Shown: positions 52,696-61,911, numbered from the stretch's first letter. The stretch: 64,000 nucleotides of DNA from an uncultured Candidatus Saccharibacteria bacterium (GCA_946530965.1 CAMNAK010000003.1:8312-72311), one strand, 5' to 3'. Program-made: numbers and translations. The notes: a model not told the origin generated them from the sequence alone.

Positions 52696-53916
52696 CTAAA
52701 ACCTGTTTCTTTTATGTTTGTTAACTTCATCATACACGCTGATACACTTTTTAGCAACGTCGTCCCAAGAGATACGGCCGTACTCGCGCTTGATGCCATC
52801 ACGCAAAGTATTGATTAGCGCAGGGCTTTCAGCAATGTTTACAAGTGCGCCTGCAAGCTTGTCTTCGTCCCAGAAATCATACTGAACAATCGAACGTAGA
52901 ACTTCGCCAACACCAGATTGCTTTGTAATAACAAGAGCGTTGCCGTGGTGTGCTGCTTCGAGTGCGGTAAGACCAAATGGTTCGGACACGGAGCTCATGA
53001 CGAAAACGTCAGAAATGCTATAAATATCACGAAGCTGCTTGCCGCGAATGAAGCCAGTAAAGATAACGTTTCTAGAGATACCGAGATCGGCGGACATGCG
53101 CATCAAATCTTCTTTTTGCTCGCCATCGCCTGCAAAGAGGAAGATCATCTTTGGGTGAAGCTTAATGGCGCGAGCAGCTGCACGCATGAAGTGGAAAAGA
53201 CCTTTCTGGAGTGTGAAGCGACCAACGGTGGAAACAACCGTATAACCTTTCTTCTTGAGAGATTCAAGGTATTGGTAGCTAGAGCTGTCGTACTTGTATA
53301 GATCCTGTGGTGCTTCGAAACCGTTGTAAACGACATCAATCTTGTCGGCTGGAATGCCATATTTCTCAACAATAATATTCTTTGTGGCCTGGCTGACGGC
53401 AAGAATCTTATCTGCGGTAATTAGACCCTGGTACTCGATTTCGTGAATGAGTGGGTTGCCGCCGTTAGCACCACCGCGGTCGAACTCTGTAGCGTGAACG
53501 TGAGCAACAAGCGGAACGCCAAAGTTCTTCTTCGCAAGAATACCTGCCTCATAGGTTAGCCAGTCGTGTGCATGAACAAGGTCTGGCTTAAATTCCATCA
53601 AATAGCGCTCAACAAATTCACAATAAGTGTGCTGAACGTCACGGATAGACATTAATTCTTTGGTTTTGACATTCTTAAAGCGCTTTTCCTCGATAAGTTT
53701 GCTTTCGTAAGCGCTGCCGCCGTAGCGGAAAAGTGGGTCAATGTGCAATGCTGAAAGCACATTAACACCTTTAAGATGATGCTCGGCTTCATAAGGGACA
53801 ACAAAATCAATGTCGGCGCCATATTTGGCGAGCGACTCTGACAGGTGTAAGCAAGCTACTCCTAATCCGCCGCTGTTATGGGGAGGGAGTTCCCATCCGA
53901 GCATCAAAATTTTCAT
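52696..53916 (-). CDS. Glycosyltransferase, glycogen/starch-synthase-like (GT-B fold)
   Basis: MKILMLGWELPPHNSGGLGVA N-terminus (KxGGL-like) and a C-terminal E..FGLT.LEA motif (SEPFGLTALEAA). Confidence 0.8.
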   Translation of the reverse strand: MKILMLGWELPPHNSGGLGVACLHLSESLAKYGADIDFVVPYEAEHHLKGVNVLSALHIDPLFRYGGSAYESKLIEEKRFKNVKTKELMSIRDVQHTYCEFVERYLMEFKPDLVHAHDWLTYEAGILAKKNFGVPLVAHVHATEFDRGGANGGNPLIHEIEYQGLITADKILAVSQATKNIIVEKYGIPADKIDVVYNGFEAPQDLYKYDSSSYQYLESLKKKGYTVVSTVGRFTLQKGLFHFMRAAARAIKLHPKMIFLFAGDGEQKEDLMRMSADLGISRNVIFTGFIRGKQLRDIYSISDVFVMSSVSEPFGLTALEAAHHGNALVITKQSGVGEVLRSIVQYDFWDEDKLAGALVNIAESPALINTLRDGIKREYGRISWDDVAKKCISVYDEVNKHKRNRF

Positions 53917-54029
53917 CTACTTATTAGTATAGCACTATTTTTGAAAGCACAAGCGAAAAGCGCGCACGACTTTTCACGAAAATGTTTATCTTATCTGGTA
54001 TATAATAATCTTAGCAAAAGGAGGAAGTT

Positions 54030-54542
54030 ATGTCGGAAAAATCCCAGAAAAATACAAAGAAAAAGACCGAGAAAAAAGCCGAAAAAGTTGAAATTATTGA
54101 TGTCGTAAGAGCCGCCGAAGAACCAGAAGAATCGGAGTTTAGCTTCCGCTGGTACCACTTCGTAGCATTAGGTGCGGTTGCTATTTTGATGGTTGTTGCT
54201 GGCTCAGTACTACTTCATCGCTATGATCCTTCGCTAATTGGTAGTAGCCGCATGCTTCGCATTTCTTATGGCTGCACGGAAGGTGATGTTAAGGATTCTT
54301 TCCGTTATTTTGGTATCAATGATGGGGATTTGTTTATGGCAAATTCCAAGGATATCAAGCGCGTATATAATGCCGACGAGGCGGTTTTGGAGCTCGTTCG
54401 CATTGATGGCAAGCCAAGCATTAAGATAAAACAAGACGGTGAATGGGTGGATGACCAGATAGAATTTGGTGAAGATGGAACTTATGTTCTGGATTCAAAT
54501 GCCGAGTGCAAGCCCGGAATTAAAATTCAATTAAGTATCTAA
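54030..54542 (+). CDS. Hypothetical membrane-anchored protein
   Basis: RBS AAAGGAGGAAG. Lys-rich N-terminus, one TM helix and a ~100-aa extracytoplasmic domain. Confidence 0.5.
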   Translation: MSEKSQKNTKKKTEKKAEKVEIIDVVRAAEEPEESEFSFRWYHFVALGAVAILMVVAGSVLLHRYDPSLIGSSRMLRISYGCTEGDVKDSFRYFGINDGDLFMANSKDIKRVYNADEAVLELVRIDGKPSIKIKQDGEWVDDQIEFGEDGTYVLDSNAECKPGIKIQLSI

Positions 54543-54547
54543 AATAA

Positions 54548-54571
54548 AGCTCCTGGGTTCCAGGGGCTTTT
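54548..54571 (+). terminator. Intrinsic terminator
   Basis: AGCTCCTGG-gtt-CCAGGGGCT followed by TTTT. Confidence 0.75.
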
Positions 54572-54675
54572 AAAATCTCTGCGGGTTTTGGGTTGGGCTA
54601 GTTCGTGGGTTCGCGGGTTTGACAGGTTAACTTGTCAAACTTGTCAAACCTGCGCAAAAATAAAAATTATATGCT

Positions 54676-54721
54676 CTCAGCAAAAAGTGTAAAAGTTAAC
54701 CTAGTTAACTATTACACTTTT
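54676..54721 (-). terminator. Long hairpin terminator of the ABC exporter operon
   Basis: AAAAGTGTAA...TTACACTTTT with an inner AGTTAAC/GTTAACT stem. Confidence 0.65.
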
Positions 54722-54734
54722 CGAAAAATGAATC

Positions 54735-56531
54735 CTACAAAGCAAACTGCGAATTATATAGATCTGTATAGAACCCGTTTTGCTCCATGAGCTGTTTGTG
54801 ATTACCAGATTCAACAATATCGCCGTCGCGCATTACAAGAATCAAGTCAGCGTTCTTAATCGTCGACAATCTATGTGCGATCACGAAGCTGGTTCGGCCT
54901 TGCATAAGCTTGTCCATGGCTTTCTGGACGAGTTCCTCGGTGCGCGTATCGACGTTACTTGTCGCCTCGTCAAGAATCAAAAGTGGAGAATTCTCGACCA
55001 TACCACGCGCGATTGTAATAAGCTGCTTCTGGCCAGCGGAAATCGAATCACTTTCGGAAATTTGTGAATCTAGACCATCTGGCAAGGTGCTAATAAAATG
55101 CGTGAGTCCAACCGTGTCGCAAATCTCCATAATAGTCTTGTCTGAAACATTCTTGCGATTGTAAGCGATATTGTCGCGCAGAGTCCCCTCAAACATCCAA
55201 GTATCCTGAAGAACCATTGTAAACAACGAGTGGATATCATGGCGTGGAATCTCTTTGATCGAATGGCAATCAATCAGGATATCGCCATCATCGATATCGT
55301 AGAACTTCATGAGTAAATTCACAAGTGTTGTCTTGCCGGCGCCAGTTGGACCAACAATAGCAATCTTTTGCCCAGGCTTTGCGATAGCGGAGAAGTCCTT
55401 AATGACTGGCTTCTTTTTGTCGTAACTAAACTTAACGTTCTTAAACTCGATCGTACCATTAACAGAATCCTTGGCGAGTTTTTCTTTGAAGACTTTGTCC
55501 GTAATCATTTCTTTGGCATCCAAGAATTCAAAGACGCGTTCGCTCGCAGCGGCGGCAGATTGTAAACTTGTAAACGACTGCGCAATGTTTGAAAGCGGGG
55601 AAGTAAAGAGGCGGACATAGGTAATAAAGGCCACAATCGTGCCGATGCCAATAACATTTTGCTGTGCCAAGATAGCACCCGTGATACAAACTGCAACATA
55701 GCCAAGGTTACCAACGAAGTTCATGATTGGATGCATGAGGCCGCCAAGGAAGCGACTCTTTTGGTTGGCGATATAAACGCTCTTGTTGTATTTATCAAAC
55801 AAAACATCGCTATCGTTCTTGCCGTTGTAAGCCTTTACAACGATAAGGCCAGAATAAATCTGCTCGATATGCGAGTTTAGTTTGCCGAGTTCGACCTGGC
55901 GCATCTCGAAATACTTCTGAGATTTCTTTAGAATCGCGCCCATGAACATAAAACCAATAATACTTGCGACAATTGCAACGCCTGCCATCTGGATATTTGT
56001 AATAATCATGGCGGCAGCTGCGCCAACAAGCAAAATCGATTCGCTAATCAGGGTAGAAAGTGACTGATTCAAACTCTGTGCAATCATGTCGACATCGTTC
56101 GTAACGCGAGACAAAGTATCGCCTGTCTGGTGCTTATCAAAATAGCTGAGAGGCAAGATGTTAATCTTCTTGGAGATGCGCTGGCGAAGTCTCTGGGCGA
56201 AGCGGTTAGAGGCGTTTGCCATGAGCCATGCCTCAGCAAGCTGTAATAGAGCGCCACTGACATACATAATGCCAAGGCCAAGCACAATCGCCTTTACGGC
56301 GCCAAAATTAATTCCTAAAGGCGTGAGGCCTTTTGCGATTTCGTTCGTAAGATCCTTTACAATGTTTGGCGCAAAAATCATCAGGACCGAGCCGCCAACT
56401 GCAAAGAAAACGCCAAGGAAAACAATAATACGAAGATTGCCTAGCTCTCTAAAGAGCCTCTTTAGTGTGGCGGAGAAATTCTTGCTTTTTTCTGGCTTGC
56501 CGCCATGCATGCCTCGTGGACCTGGTCCCAT
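54735..56531 (-). CDS. ABC exporter, fused permease-ATPase (half transporter, second subunit)
   Basis: Six TM helices plus Walker A GPTGAGKTT, signature SAGQKQL and Walker B LILDEATS. Confidence 0.9.
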   Translation of the reverse strand: MGPGPRGMHGGKPEKSKNFSATLKRLFRELGNLRIIVFLGVFFAVGGSVLMIFAPNIVKDLTNEIAKGLTPLGINFGAVKAIVLGLGIMYVSGALLQLAEAWLMANASNRFAQRLRQRISKKINILPLSYFDKHQTGDTLSRVTNDVDMIAQSLNQSLSTLISESILLVGAAAAMIITNIQMAGVAIVASIIGFMFMGAILKKSQKYFEMRQVELGKLNSHIEQIYSGLIVVKAYNGKNDSDVLFDKYNKSVYIANQKSRFLGGLMHPIMNFVGNLGYVAVCITGAILAQQNVIGIGTIVAFITYVRLFTSPLSNIAQSFTSLQSAAAASERVFEFLDAKEMITDKVFKEKLAKDSVNGTIEFKNVKFSYDKKKPVIKDFSAIAKPGQKIAIVGPTGAGKTTLVNLLMKFYDIDDGDILIDCHSIKEIPRHDIHSLFTMVLQDTWMFEGTLRDNIAYNRKNVSDKTIMEICDTVGLTHFISTLPDGLDSQISESDSISAGQKQLITIARGMVENSPLLILDEATSNVDTRTEELVQKAMDKLMQGRTSFVIAHRLSTIKNADLILVMRDGDIVESGNHKQLMEQNGFYTDLYNSQFAL

Positions 56532-58289
56532 CTATGCCTCCAATTCCTGCTTAGTTAACTGAGAGAGCGCAATTTGTTTGTAAACTGGACAATTCTTCAT
56601 GAGCTCTTTGTGTGTGCCTTTGCCGACGCATTTGCCATCGTCGAGCACGAGAATCTGATCTGCGTGCATGATGGTACCGATGCGCTGTGCGACGATAAGG
56701 CTAGTCGAATCTTTAGTATATTCTTTGAGGGCTTGGCGAAGCTTTGCATCTGTCTTGAAATCTAGTGCAGAGAAAGAATCGTCAAAGATGTAGATTTCTG
56801 GATCGCGAGCAATAGCGCGTGCGATAGCAAGGCGCTGCCTTTGGCCGCCAGAGACGTTGGTGCCACCCTGAGCGATATGGGATTTGTATTTCTTTGCCAT
56901 CTTTTCGACGAAATCTTTACCCTGAGCTACTTCGAGCGCCTTCTTTACGACATTCTCGTCGGCTTTTTCGCGACCATTGTCGCCGTAGGAAACGTTTTCT
57001 AAAACGCTTGCATCAAACATAACGGCCTTTTGTGGAACGTAGCCAATGCGGTTACGAAGCGCGGATTGTTTGTAATCCTTAACATTTACGCCATCTACAA
57101 TAACCTCGCCGTCAGTAGCGTCGTAAAAACGCTCAATCAGGTTAACAAGAGTGGTCTTGCCTGAACCAGTCGAACCAACGATTGCGACTGTCTCGCCTTG
57201 CTTGGCCTTGAAGGAGATATTCTTTAGCATATAATCCTGTGAATCTGGATATTTGAAGCTAACGTTTTTGAATTCGATTGTGCCAACAAGGCCAGTCCCT
57301 GGCTCCTTAATAGTTCCGTTCTTGATTGTAATTTCGGTATCAAGAACCTCGTTAATACGCTTTGCGGAAACCTGGGCGCGTGGCAAGATGATAAAAATAC
57401 CAGACAAAACCAAGAAAGAGATAATAATCTGCATCGCATAAGTAGAGAAGACGATCATATCACTAAAGATATCCAGTTTGTCTGTCGTAGCTCCGTCTAC
57501 TAGAAATGCACCAATGAAATAAATTGCAAGAGAAACACCTTGCATAATTAGATACATCATCGGGGAGAGAAGGGACATGACGCGCTGCGTAAAGAGCTGA
57601 GTCTCAGTCAAATCGCTGTTGGCCTGAGTGAATTTCTGCTCCTGGTAACTCTCGGCATTAAAAGCGTGGACGACACGAATACCAGTAAGGTTCTCGCGCG
57701 TAACGCCATTGAGGCGGTCAGTAAGCTTTTGCATCTTCTTGAAGCGTGGCAAAACAATCGTAATGGATGTCGCAATGAAGGAAAGAAGTATTACGACGGC
57801 AATCGCGGTAGTCGTGCTCCATTGCCAGCTCTTGCCAACAATCTTTGTAATTGCGACCGTAACGGTGATTGGCGCGCGAAGAAGCATCATGGTGCCCATG
57901 CCAATAACCATCTGAAGCTGGGTAATATCGTTTGTGGTGCGGGTAATAAGGCTGCTGGTAGAGAACTTATTGGCCTGATCCAAATCTAGCTCTTCAACCT
58001 TATCAAAAAGCGCCTTGCGAACGACGAGCGAGAAGGTTGCAGCGAGGTTTGAAAGGATGTAGCTTACAAGAACTGCCAAGATAAGGCTTCCTGCCGCGCA
58101 GGCTAGCATCATGCCGCCATTCCATAGGATTTCGGACATCTGGCTGCCTTCCGTCTGAACGAGTTTGGTGATGTTTGCCATATAGTCTGGCATCAAAAGC
58201 TCGATCCATACCGAGGCAAAAATCAAGAGTGCTACCGCGACAAAAAGTAGCCAATCTTTTGGTTTGTAATATCTGAATAGTCTAAGCAT
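56532..58289 (-). CDS. ABC exporter, fused permease-ATPase (half transporter, first subunit)
   Basis: Six TM helices plus Walker A GSTGSGKTT, signature SGGQRQR and Walker B IFDDSFS. This degenerate site arrangement is typical of heterodimeric exporters of the BmrCD/LmrCD type. Confidence 0.9.
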   Translation of the reverse strand: MLRLFRYYKPKDWLLFVAVALLIFASVWIELLMPDYMANITKLVQTEGSQMSEILWNGGMMLACAAGSLILAVLVSYILSNLAATFSLVVRKALFDKVEELDLDQANKFSTSSLITRTTNDITQLQMVIGMGTMMLLRAPITVTVAITKIVGKSWQWSTTTAIAVVILLSFIATSITIVLPRFKKMQKLTDRLNGVTRENLTGIRVVHAFNAESYQEQKFTQANSDLTETQLFTQRVMSLLSPMMYLIMQGVSLAIYFIGAFLVDGATTDKLDIFSDMIVFSTYAMQIIISFLVLSGIFIILPRAQVSAKRINEVLDTEITIKNGTIKEPGTGLVGTIEFKNVSFKYPDSQDYMLKNISFKAKQGETVAIVGSTGSGKTTLVNLIERFYDATDGEVIVDGVNVKDYKQSALRNRIGYVPQKAVMFDASVLENVSYGDNGREKADENVVKKALEVAQGKDFVEKMAKKYKSHIAQGGTNVSGGQRQRLAIARAIARDPEIYIFDDSFSALDFKTDAKLRQALKEYTKDSTSLIVAQRIGTIMHADQILVLDDGKCVGKGTHKELMKNCPVYKQIALSQLTKQELEA

Positions 58290-58332
58290 TAAAGTAAAAT
58301 TTATCCCTTCAAAAATGAGTACTTAAGACCAT

Positions 58333-58341
58333 ATTATACCA
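58333..58341 (-). promoter_or_regulatory. Extended -10 (TGgTATAAT) proximal promoter of the ABC exporter operon
   Basis: Minus-strand TGGTATAAT about 44 nt upstream of the start codon, just downstream of a terminator-like hairpin. Confidence 0.5.
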
Positions 58342-58357
58342 TCTTCTCGCGAGGCAT

Positions 58358-58639
58358 TAAAATACCCCCGTCATGAAGGCGGGGGTTTGGGTGAGGTGCG
58401 CGCGCTGGGCCTCGGAGGTACGAGTTGTGGTTCTGTCAGAGGCTTATTGGAAATATTCCAAATTTTTTCGATCGTGCCTGCAAAACAGGAACACACAACT
58501 TAAATTTTGCGGTGTGAGAGCGGCACACCACGCATATATAATTACTACTTCGGAGGTCTTGGCCCCGATTGCGCGCTTACCACGGTATGAACTATCTCCA
58601 AAACAGGAGCGGATCATAAAGTCCAATGCCATGGCAATT
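58358..58639 (-). ncRNA. Candidate structured RNA or regulatory leader (~280 nt) bounded by its own promoter and terminator-like hairpin
   Basis: A promoter (TTGACA-17-TATTAT) sits at 58646-58674. A terminator-like hairpin (CCCCCG-N9-CGGGGG plus a U-rich tail) sits at 58365-58385. Long-range complementary arms (GCGCGC..GGGGCC / GGCCC..GCGCGC) enclose several local hairpins. No convincing ORF is present. Confidence 0.35.
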
Positions 58640-58645
58640 GGATAT

Positions 58646-58674
58646 ATAATACATTAATTTATAGAAAATGTCAA
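58646..58674 (-). promoter_or_regulatory. Sigma70-type promoter
   Basis: The minus strand reads TTGACA-17 nt-TATTAT. Confidence 0.6.
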
Positions 58675-58705
58675 GCATTTTAGCATAAAAATAGCTAAAA
58701 AACGG

Positions 58706-60028
58706 CTAAAAATCGCTATATTCTTCGATATAATACGGCTCGCCCGTGATTTTACTATAAAAATCAAGCACTTCGGGTGAGCTTTTGAGTGCTCTAGGAT
58801 AAGCCGCGCGCATGAGGCTAAGCCCCTCGATGCTCTCGCAGCGGGATAATGCAACGTATAACTGGCCGATATCAAAGCAGGCTGGATCGACGACGGTGCG
58901 AGAATAAGTCTGGCCTTGGCTTTTGTGAATCGTGATGGCGTAGGCAAGGCGCAAAGGCAGCTGCCTAAAAGTGCCCACGATCTCGTGTTTGATGACCTCG
59001 CCATCCCATTCTGGGCGCATAATGTTCCAGTCGTAAGCCTCGACAATAGATTTACGGCCATTATCCCAGGTGACTTTTACGGCATCTTCGCCAATCTCGC
59101 GAACGGTGCCAAGCTGGCCATTCTTGTATTCAAGGTTATTGCAGAGCGCAATCACACGTGCGCCAGGTTTCAGAATCAGGCTATCCTCGGCGGCCTTATC
59201 GCTCGCAGTAATTGAACCCTTAACGACGGCATGAAAAATCTTCGGCTCGCCAACAAGAGCATTAAGCTTCTTGCTGTTAATGGCGCTAGCCTTGGCATTG
59301 GTTGGAACGAGGCAAATCGCGCCGTCATCGAACTCTTCGCTTACTCTCTGGTTAAAATACGGCAAGCAACTACCGTCACCACGACGTGCCTTCTCGAGCA
59401 TCTCGACATATTCGTCTTCTTCTTGGCGCACAATCTCGGTTAAAACGAATGGCTTAAAATGAAAGCGCTCCCAGTTCTTGCCAGAAAAACAAAAGCCAGC
59501 CTGAATCTCTGGGTATTTGTAACTTAGCACCTCGCGTTCTTCGCGGCGCAAAACTGGCGGCAGCTGGAAGAAATCCCCAACCACAATTACTTGCTTCTTG
59601 TGCTGGGTTTGTTTCTCGGCCTCAAAAATAATCTCGGAAATATAATCAAAAAGATCAACGCGACACATCGAAATCTCGTCAATAATAATGACGTCGGCGT
59701 TCAGGATCTCTTCGTTTGGATGTTTGTGCTTGTGAGAATCGTAAGCTTGTAGGAAAGGCAGGCGAAAAGCGCGGTGAATCGTACAGCCGTTTTGGAGCCG
59801 GAGCGCGGCAATCCCGGTCGGCGCGCAAGCAATAATATGCTTCTTGTGGCGCATCTTCTTCAAAAATTCGCTTAGTACATAAGATTTACCAGTTCCCGCA
59901 TCGCCCGTCAGAAAAACGTTTTCACCCATCAGCATTGCGTCGAGGGCTTGTTCCTGTCCTTCGGTAAGGCCATTGTCGCTAAGGTTGGAAATCAGATTTT
60001 TGAGATGGAGACTCGGAAAACTGGACAT
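58706..60028 (-). CDS. SF1B helicase of the Pif1/RecD family
   Basis: Walker A GDAGTGKS, then IIIDEISM, GDFFQLPPV, AITIHKSQG and YVALSR motifs. Confidence 0.85.
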   Translation of the reverse strand: MSSFPSLHLKNLISNLSDNGLTEGQEQALDAMLMGENVFLTGDAGTGKSYVLSEFLKKMRHKKHIIACAPTGIAALRLQNGCTIHRAFRLPFLQAYDSHKHKHPNEEILNADVIIIDEISMCRVDLFDYISEIIFEAEKQTQHKKQVIVVGDFFQLPPVLRREEREVLSYKYPEIQAGFCFSGKNWERFHFKPFVLTEIVRQEEDEYVEMLEKARRGDGSCLPYFNQRVSEEFDDGAICLVPTNAKASAINSKKLNALVGEPKIFHAVVKGSITASDKAAEDSLILKPGARVIALCNNLEYKNGQLGTVREIGEDAVKVTWDNGRKSIVEAYDWNIMRPEWDGEVIKHEIVGTFRQLPLRLAYAITIHKSQGQTYSRTVVDPACFDIGQLYVALSRCESIEGLSLMRAAYPRALKSSPEVLDFYSKITGEPYYIEEYSDF

Positions 60029-60034
60029 ATATTC

Positions 60035-60040
60035 ATTATA
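60035..60040 (-). promoter_or_regulatory. -10 hexamer (TATAAT) 6 nt upstream of the helicase ATG (leaderless-type arrangement)
   Basis: The minus strand reads TATAAT-gaatat-ATG. There is no SD and only a weak -35. Confidence 0.4.
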
Positions 60041-60051
60041 AACGTTTTGGG

Positions 60052-60085
60052 CAAAAAGAAACCCCCGGTCGAAGATGACCGAGGG
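60052..60085 (-). terminator. Intrinsic terminator
   Basis: CCCTCGGTC-N6-GACCGGGGG followed by TTTCTTTTT on the minus strand. Confidence 0.75.
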
Positions 60086-60094
60086 TATTGTAGT

Positions 60095-61117
60095 TTAGGA
60101 GGTTGCGATTGCGGCGACAGCGGCTGCGAACATCGGAAACAGAGGCTTGCGCTTGTTGGCCTTGAAATCCTCGCTATAAGCACAGAGCTCGCTGGCGGGA
60201 ATATCGTAATGCTTGCAGCTCACGGGCTTGTATTTTCTGAGGTCTGTAATCACCATGTCGGCAAGATTAATCAGACCTTCGTATCTAGCACGATTTTCCA
60301 TTCCGTGAAGTTCCTTGGAGATGATTCTGCAACGGTCGATAACGAAGCTTGTAGTTGGAGTGGACATGATTCTTACGTTGACGTCGATAGCGGAAGAGAG
60401 GGCGTTTTCGCTGAGTGCCTGAAGGAATTCCAGGACGCCTCTTGCGTATTCGTCGTGGCTCCACTCTTCGCAAGGAAGGGCAATGATGTTGTCCATGATC
60501 TCGTTATAGTAAGCCATGTTTTCTGCGGACTTGGGCTCGAGCTGCTGCCAGTAAACGTAGATAATGCTTGCGGGCACATGACCTGCCAGGCGGCTAATCA
60601 GAAGCGCCTGGACCTGCAGATATCTGAGCTCAGTCTCGCTGTTAGTACTATTGAGACTATTCTTGATCTCGTGTGCAGCCTTAATCTCGGGGATAAATCT
60701 GCTAATGCGACGAGGGTCGTTTTCGTCCTCAGGGCATTCATCGAGAGAGGGGATAATCCACTTGAGTTCCTCGTTGAGTACCTTATTTTCATCAGTCAGA
60801 AGAGAGGGTTCGATGCCGGAAAGAAGTCTATATGCAACTTCGCCTCTCTGTCTGAGATACTCAGACTCCTGGTTGAGGCGGTAGTCGAGGAGACTATTCT
60901 TATAGTCAGGATTGAGCTTCTCACTGATAGTCTTGCGAGTATCGATGAGCATGTCCATGTATGTGGGGTTATTCTCGTCACAGAGGCGAAGAGCAACCAT
61001 TTCGAGTCTGTCGTGAAGGGCATGGTACGCACTTGCTACGCCTACAGGTAAGGCGCTAACAAGGTTGTGCAGCACCTCAATTACACGGATTTCTTCCTTG
61101 TTGATGATGTTGTCCAT
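60095..61117 (-). CDS. Hypothetical protein (340 aa)
   Basis: RBS AAGGAGG 8 nt upstream, a long clean ORF and its own terminator. No family recognised. Confidence 0.55.
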   Translation of the reverse strand: MDNIINKEEIRVIEVLHNLVSALPVGVASAYHALHDRLEMVALRLCDENNPTYMDMLIDTRKTISEKLNPDYKNSLLDYRLNQESEYLRQRGEVAYRLLSGIEPSLLTDENKVLNEELKWIIPSLDECPEDENDPRRISRFIPEIKAAHEIKNSLNSTNSETELRYLQVQALLISRLAGHVPASIIYVYWQQLEPKSAENMAYYNEIMDNIIALPCEEWSHDEYARGVLEFLQALSENALSSAIDVNVRIMSTPTTSFVIDRCRIISKELHGMENRARYEGLINLADMVITDLRKYKPVSCKHYDIPASELCAYSEDFKANKRKPLFPMFAAAVAAIATS

Positions 61118-61150
61118 ACTTCAGGACCTCCTTTTGATAATGTAATGAAC

Positions 61151-61174
61151 GCAAAACACCGAGCGGACTCGGTG
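61151..61174 (-). terminator. Terminator-like hairpin inside the leader of the 340-aa gene (possible attenuator)
   Basis: CACCGAG-tccg-CTCGGTG followed by TTTTG, between a TATACT -10 (61188-61193) and the RBS. Confidence 0.4.
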
Positions 61175-61244
61175 AACTGGTGCGTATAGTATAACCTAAA
61201 AGTAAAGAAAACACAAGAGCAATGTTGGCTTATGGGGTAGGCAA

Positions 61245-61273
61245 GAAAAATCCCCGACTTTTTTGGGTCGGGG
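61245..61273 (-). terminator. Intrinsic terminator (cassette type)
   Basis: CCCCGAC-loop-GTCGGGG followed by ATTTTTCTTGCC. Confidence 0.8.
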
Positions 61274-61299
61274 TAGAGGATTGTAAACGCGTGACGATC

Positions 61300-61755
61300 T
61301 CATGCTACATCGCAAGCCGCTGATGCTGCAGCCATTTCCGACTCGAGAACATTCATTAGCCGGATGATTGTGGCTTTGGAAGGCAAGGAGATGCAAGGAT
61401 ACTCTGTGAGTCCTGCGAATTTTGCACGGAGCAGCTCTTCGAGATTGAGCGTGTATCTCTTCTCGATTTTGTCGCAAGCTTCTGCGACACTCGCTGCTGC
61501 GTTGCTGATTACCTTGAGCTCGTTGGCTTGTGTGCTGCTAGCTCTGAGGTATTCTTCGCAAAGACCATGAGCAAAGCCGCTTACATTATACTTGAGCTCT
61601 TCCAGGGGATGCATGTCTGCCAAGCGGTGCGAAGTTGTCCAGCTGATATGGATCTCTTCTGGAAAACAAGCCTTAGACGATAGCGCCAAGAGTCGTGTCA
61701 GTGCGTCCATCAGTTTCTTTGTCTGCTTGTAGGTTTCGAGTTCGTAGCCGTACAT
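61300..61755 (-). CDS. Hypothetical protein (151 aa)
   Basis: Start moved to MYGYEL, which has GAGGTG 6 nt upstream. The C-terminal ...RLMNVLESE... weakly resembles the paralogue family upstream. Confidence 0.5.
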   Translation of the reverse strand: MYGYELETYKQTKKLMDALTRLLALSSKACFPEEIHISWTTSHRLADMHPLEELKYNVSGFAHGLCEEYLRASSTQANELKVISNAAASVAEACDKIEKRYTLNLEELLRAKFAGLTEYPCISLPSKATIIRLMNVLESEMAAASAACDVA

Positions 61756-61815
61756 TACAAACACCTCGTTTTTCTTGTACTCCACCTTATGCTATGCATA
61801 ATGGTAGGCTATTAT

Positions 61816-61844
61816 ATTATAGCATAAGCACCATAAAATGTCAA
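61816..61844 (-). promoter_or_regulatory. Sigma70-type promoter (cassette type)
   Basis: The minus strand reads TTGACA-17 nt-TATAAT with a TGc extension. Confidence 0.7.
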
Positions 61845-61870
61845 TATATAACAGGGGTGGGCACAGGCAA

Positions 61871-61900
61871 GAAAAATCCCCGACCATTTTGGGTCGGGGG
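61871..61900 (-). terminator. Intrinsic terminator (cassette type)
   Basis: CCCCGACC-loop-GGGTCGGGG followed by ATTTTTCTTGCC. Confidence 0.8.
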
Positions 61901-61911
61901 ATAAGGTGAAA

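Noticed and set aside
54576-54640. tRNA-like sequence (GCGGG...GGGTTCGCGGG)
   Set aside because: It is only about 45 nt long. It has no acceptor-stem complementarity, no anticodon arm, and a non-canonical T-loop.
58358-58639. Possible RNase P RNA (GGUAAGCGCGC and GACAGAACC resemble CR-II/III and CR-V), SRP RNA or tmRNA
   Set aside because: There is no GGAAAGUCC (CR-I) on that strand, and an AAAGTCC-like word occurs only on the opposite strand and in the wrong order. The length is too short. No SRP GGAA/AGCA domain IV motif and no tRNA-like ends are present. It stays an unclassified candidate RNA.
59948-61051. 367-aa plus-strand ORF
   Set aside because: It runs antisense across the helicase start, an intrinsic terminator (60052-60085) and most of the 340-aa minus-strand gene. 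It has no RBS or promoter. The minus-strand genes have RBSs, promoters and terminators.
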